DNA of 61,965 nt, filler included. It is 12 parts of 12 records of this genome, joined end to end, with 100 filler letters (N's around TTAATTAATTAA, not from the genome) between each part and the next. Parts side by side here need not be neighbours in the genome. Positions count along the whole stretch, not along the records: positions 54,887 to 61,965 come from SRR15195285_8910; 11 more parts are not named here. One strand, 5' to 3'. Below the pieces are notes generated by a model. The model worked only from the letters and a program-made list of their open reading frames with translations. It had not been told where the DNA came from and did no database searches. Positions within the stretch are counted from its first letter, which is position 1; every line of letters starts with the position of its first letter. Positions 61,301 to 61,965 of this stretch are shown here, in pieces. The position numbers and the translations under genes are program-made.

Positions 61301-61965
61301 CACACAGGCACCATCTACGGCACCAACATAAGAGTAAGCGGTGTCGAGAAAGCCGTCGCGACAACAAGGCAACGACTCAGTTAACGAAGATGCAAAACTA
61401 TTCACACCAAGTGCGGGAGCTCGAGAGCTAGTGTCCGAGCCACCCCAAAACCAAACTGATTTGCCAGCGATGGCAGCTGATAGTAATGATGCCTCAACAT
61501 CTCTCTTTTCTCTCTGCTGGCCACTGCCGCGGTCCTTCTTGATGCTTTTGTCTTTGCTTTTCGTGTGTTGGTTGAAGGCTTCTTCCTTCACAACTACGTT
61601 GAATTGTGGGAGGTCCAAGCCCCAAGCAAGCATCATGTGGTAAACAATCTCCATCGAGCCTTGCGGAGAGGTGCTGCAACCGGTCGAGACAACAGAACGT
61701 CACACAGGCGATGACCATGTGGACGGCAACGGAGCGCGCAGCCCAATATCAATTTGCAGAAGAACATGATCTCACGGGCATGTTGCAGGGACAACGAGGT
61801 ACTTCGCATCGTGCTCCATAAACTTCTCGTAACCCGAGTGGTCCAAGTCGCCGTGGGTATCACGAAATTTCAGCGTGCCTTGGAGCCATGCTGGCGGCTG
61901 CAGTTCCGACTCCGGCTGCTGTTTTGTGCTTGTAGCTGGCTCTGGCACTGGCTCTGGCTCTGGCT
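58391..61965 (-). CDS. SLOG (TRPM/LSDAT-like) plus tandem SLATT/DUF4231-like 2TM protein, multi-exon, 5' end beyond the window
   Basis: AWGLDLPQFNVVV..LLSAAIA..VWFWGG and PIIV..AGRSVDDIA (SLOG-like). 2TM unit YLVLILALLTT..ILPMIG..VESEIYRFR. LSPITIDEYRQFRLEP. Second 2TM unit FLASS..WIPAMVAIAST. Confidence 0.55.

Overview
This window is not one locus. It is 12 short eukaryotic contigs joined by 11 identical artificial 100-bp spacers (N44-TTAATTAATTAA-N44), as in a concatenated MAG/SAG, so gene adjacency is meaningful only within a contig. The DNA is GC-rich and gene-dense, with short GT-AG spliceosomal introns (about 90-160 nt) and recurrent PEPEP low-complexity linkers. That suggests a small heterotrophic protist, possibly Picozoa-like (inference only). 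Recognisable genes: actin, AP-3 mu subunit, acetyl-CoA synthetase, GH3, GH105, a GH43-like propeller protein, two PhyH dioxygenases, an RBR E3 ligase, anoctamin, a CNBD K+ channel, a TKL kinase, an AAC(3)/YokD acetyltransferase and a ~2200-aa secreted LamG-repeat protein. The most unusual items are: (1) an in-frame HemE-HemC (UROD-PBG deaminase) fusion; (2) a propionyl-CoA-synthase (Pcs)-type ligase domain fused to a phosphopantetheine carrier domain and ankyrin repeats; (3) a SLOG-SLATT-SLATT protein; (4) a multipass membrane protein with a C-terminal TIR-like domain. All domain calls come from reading motifs by eye; no searches were run.
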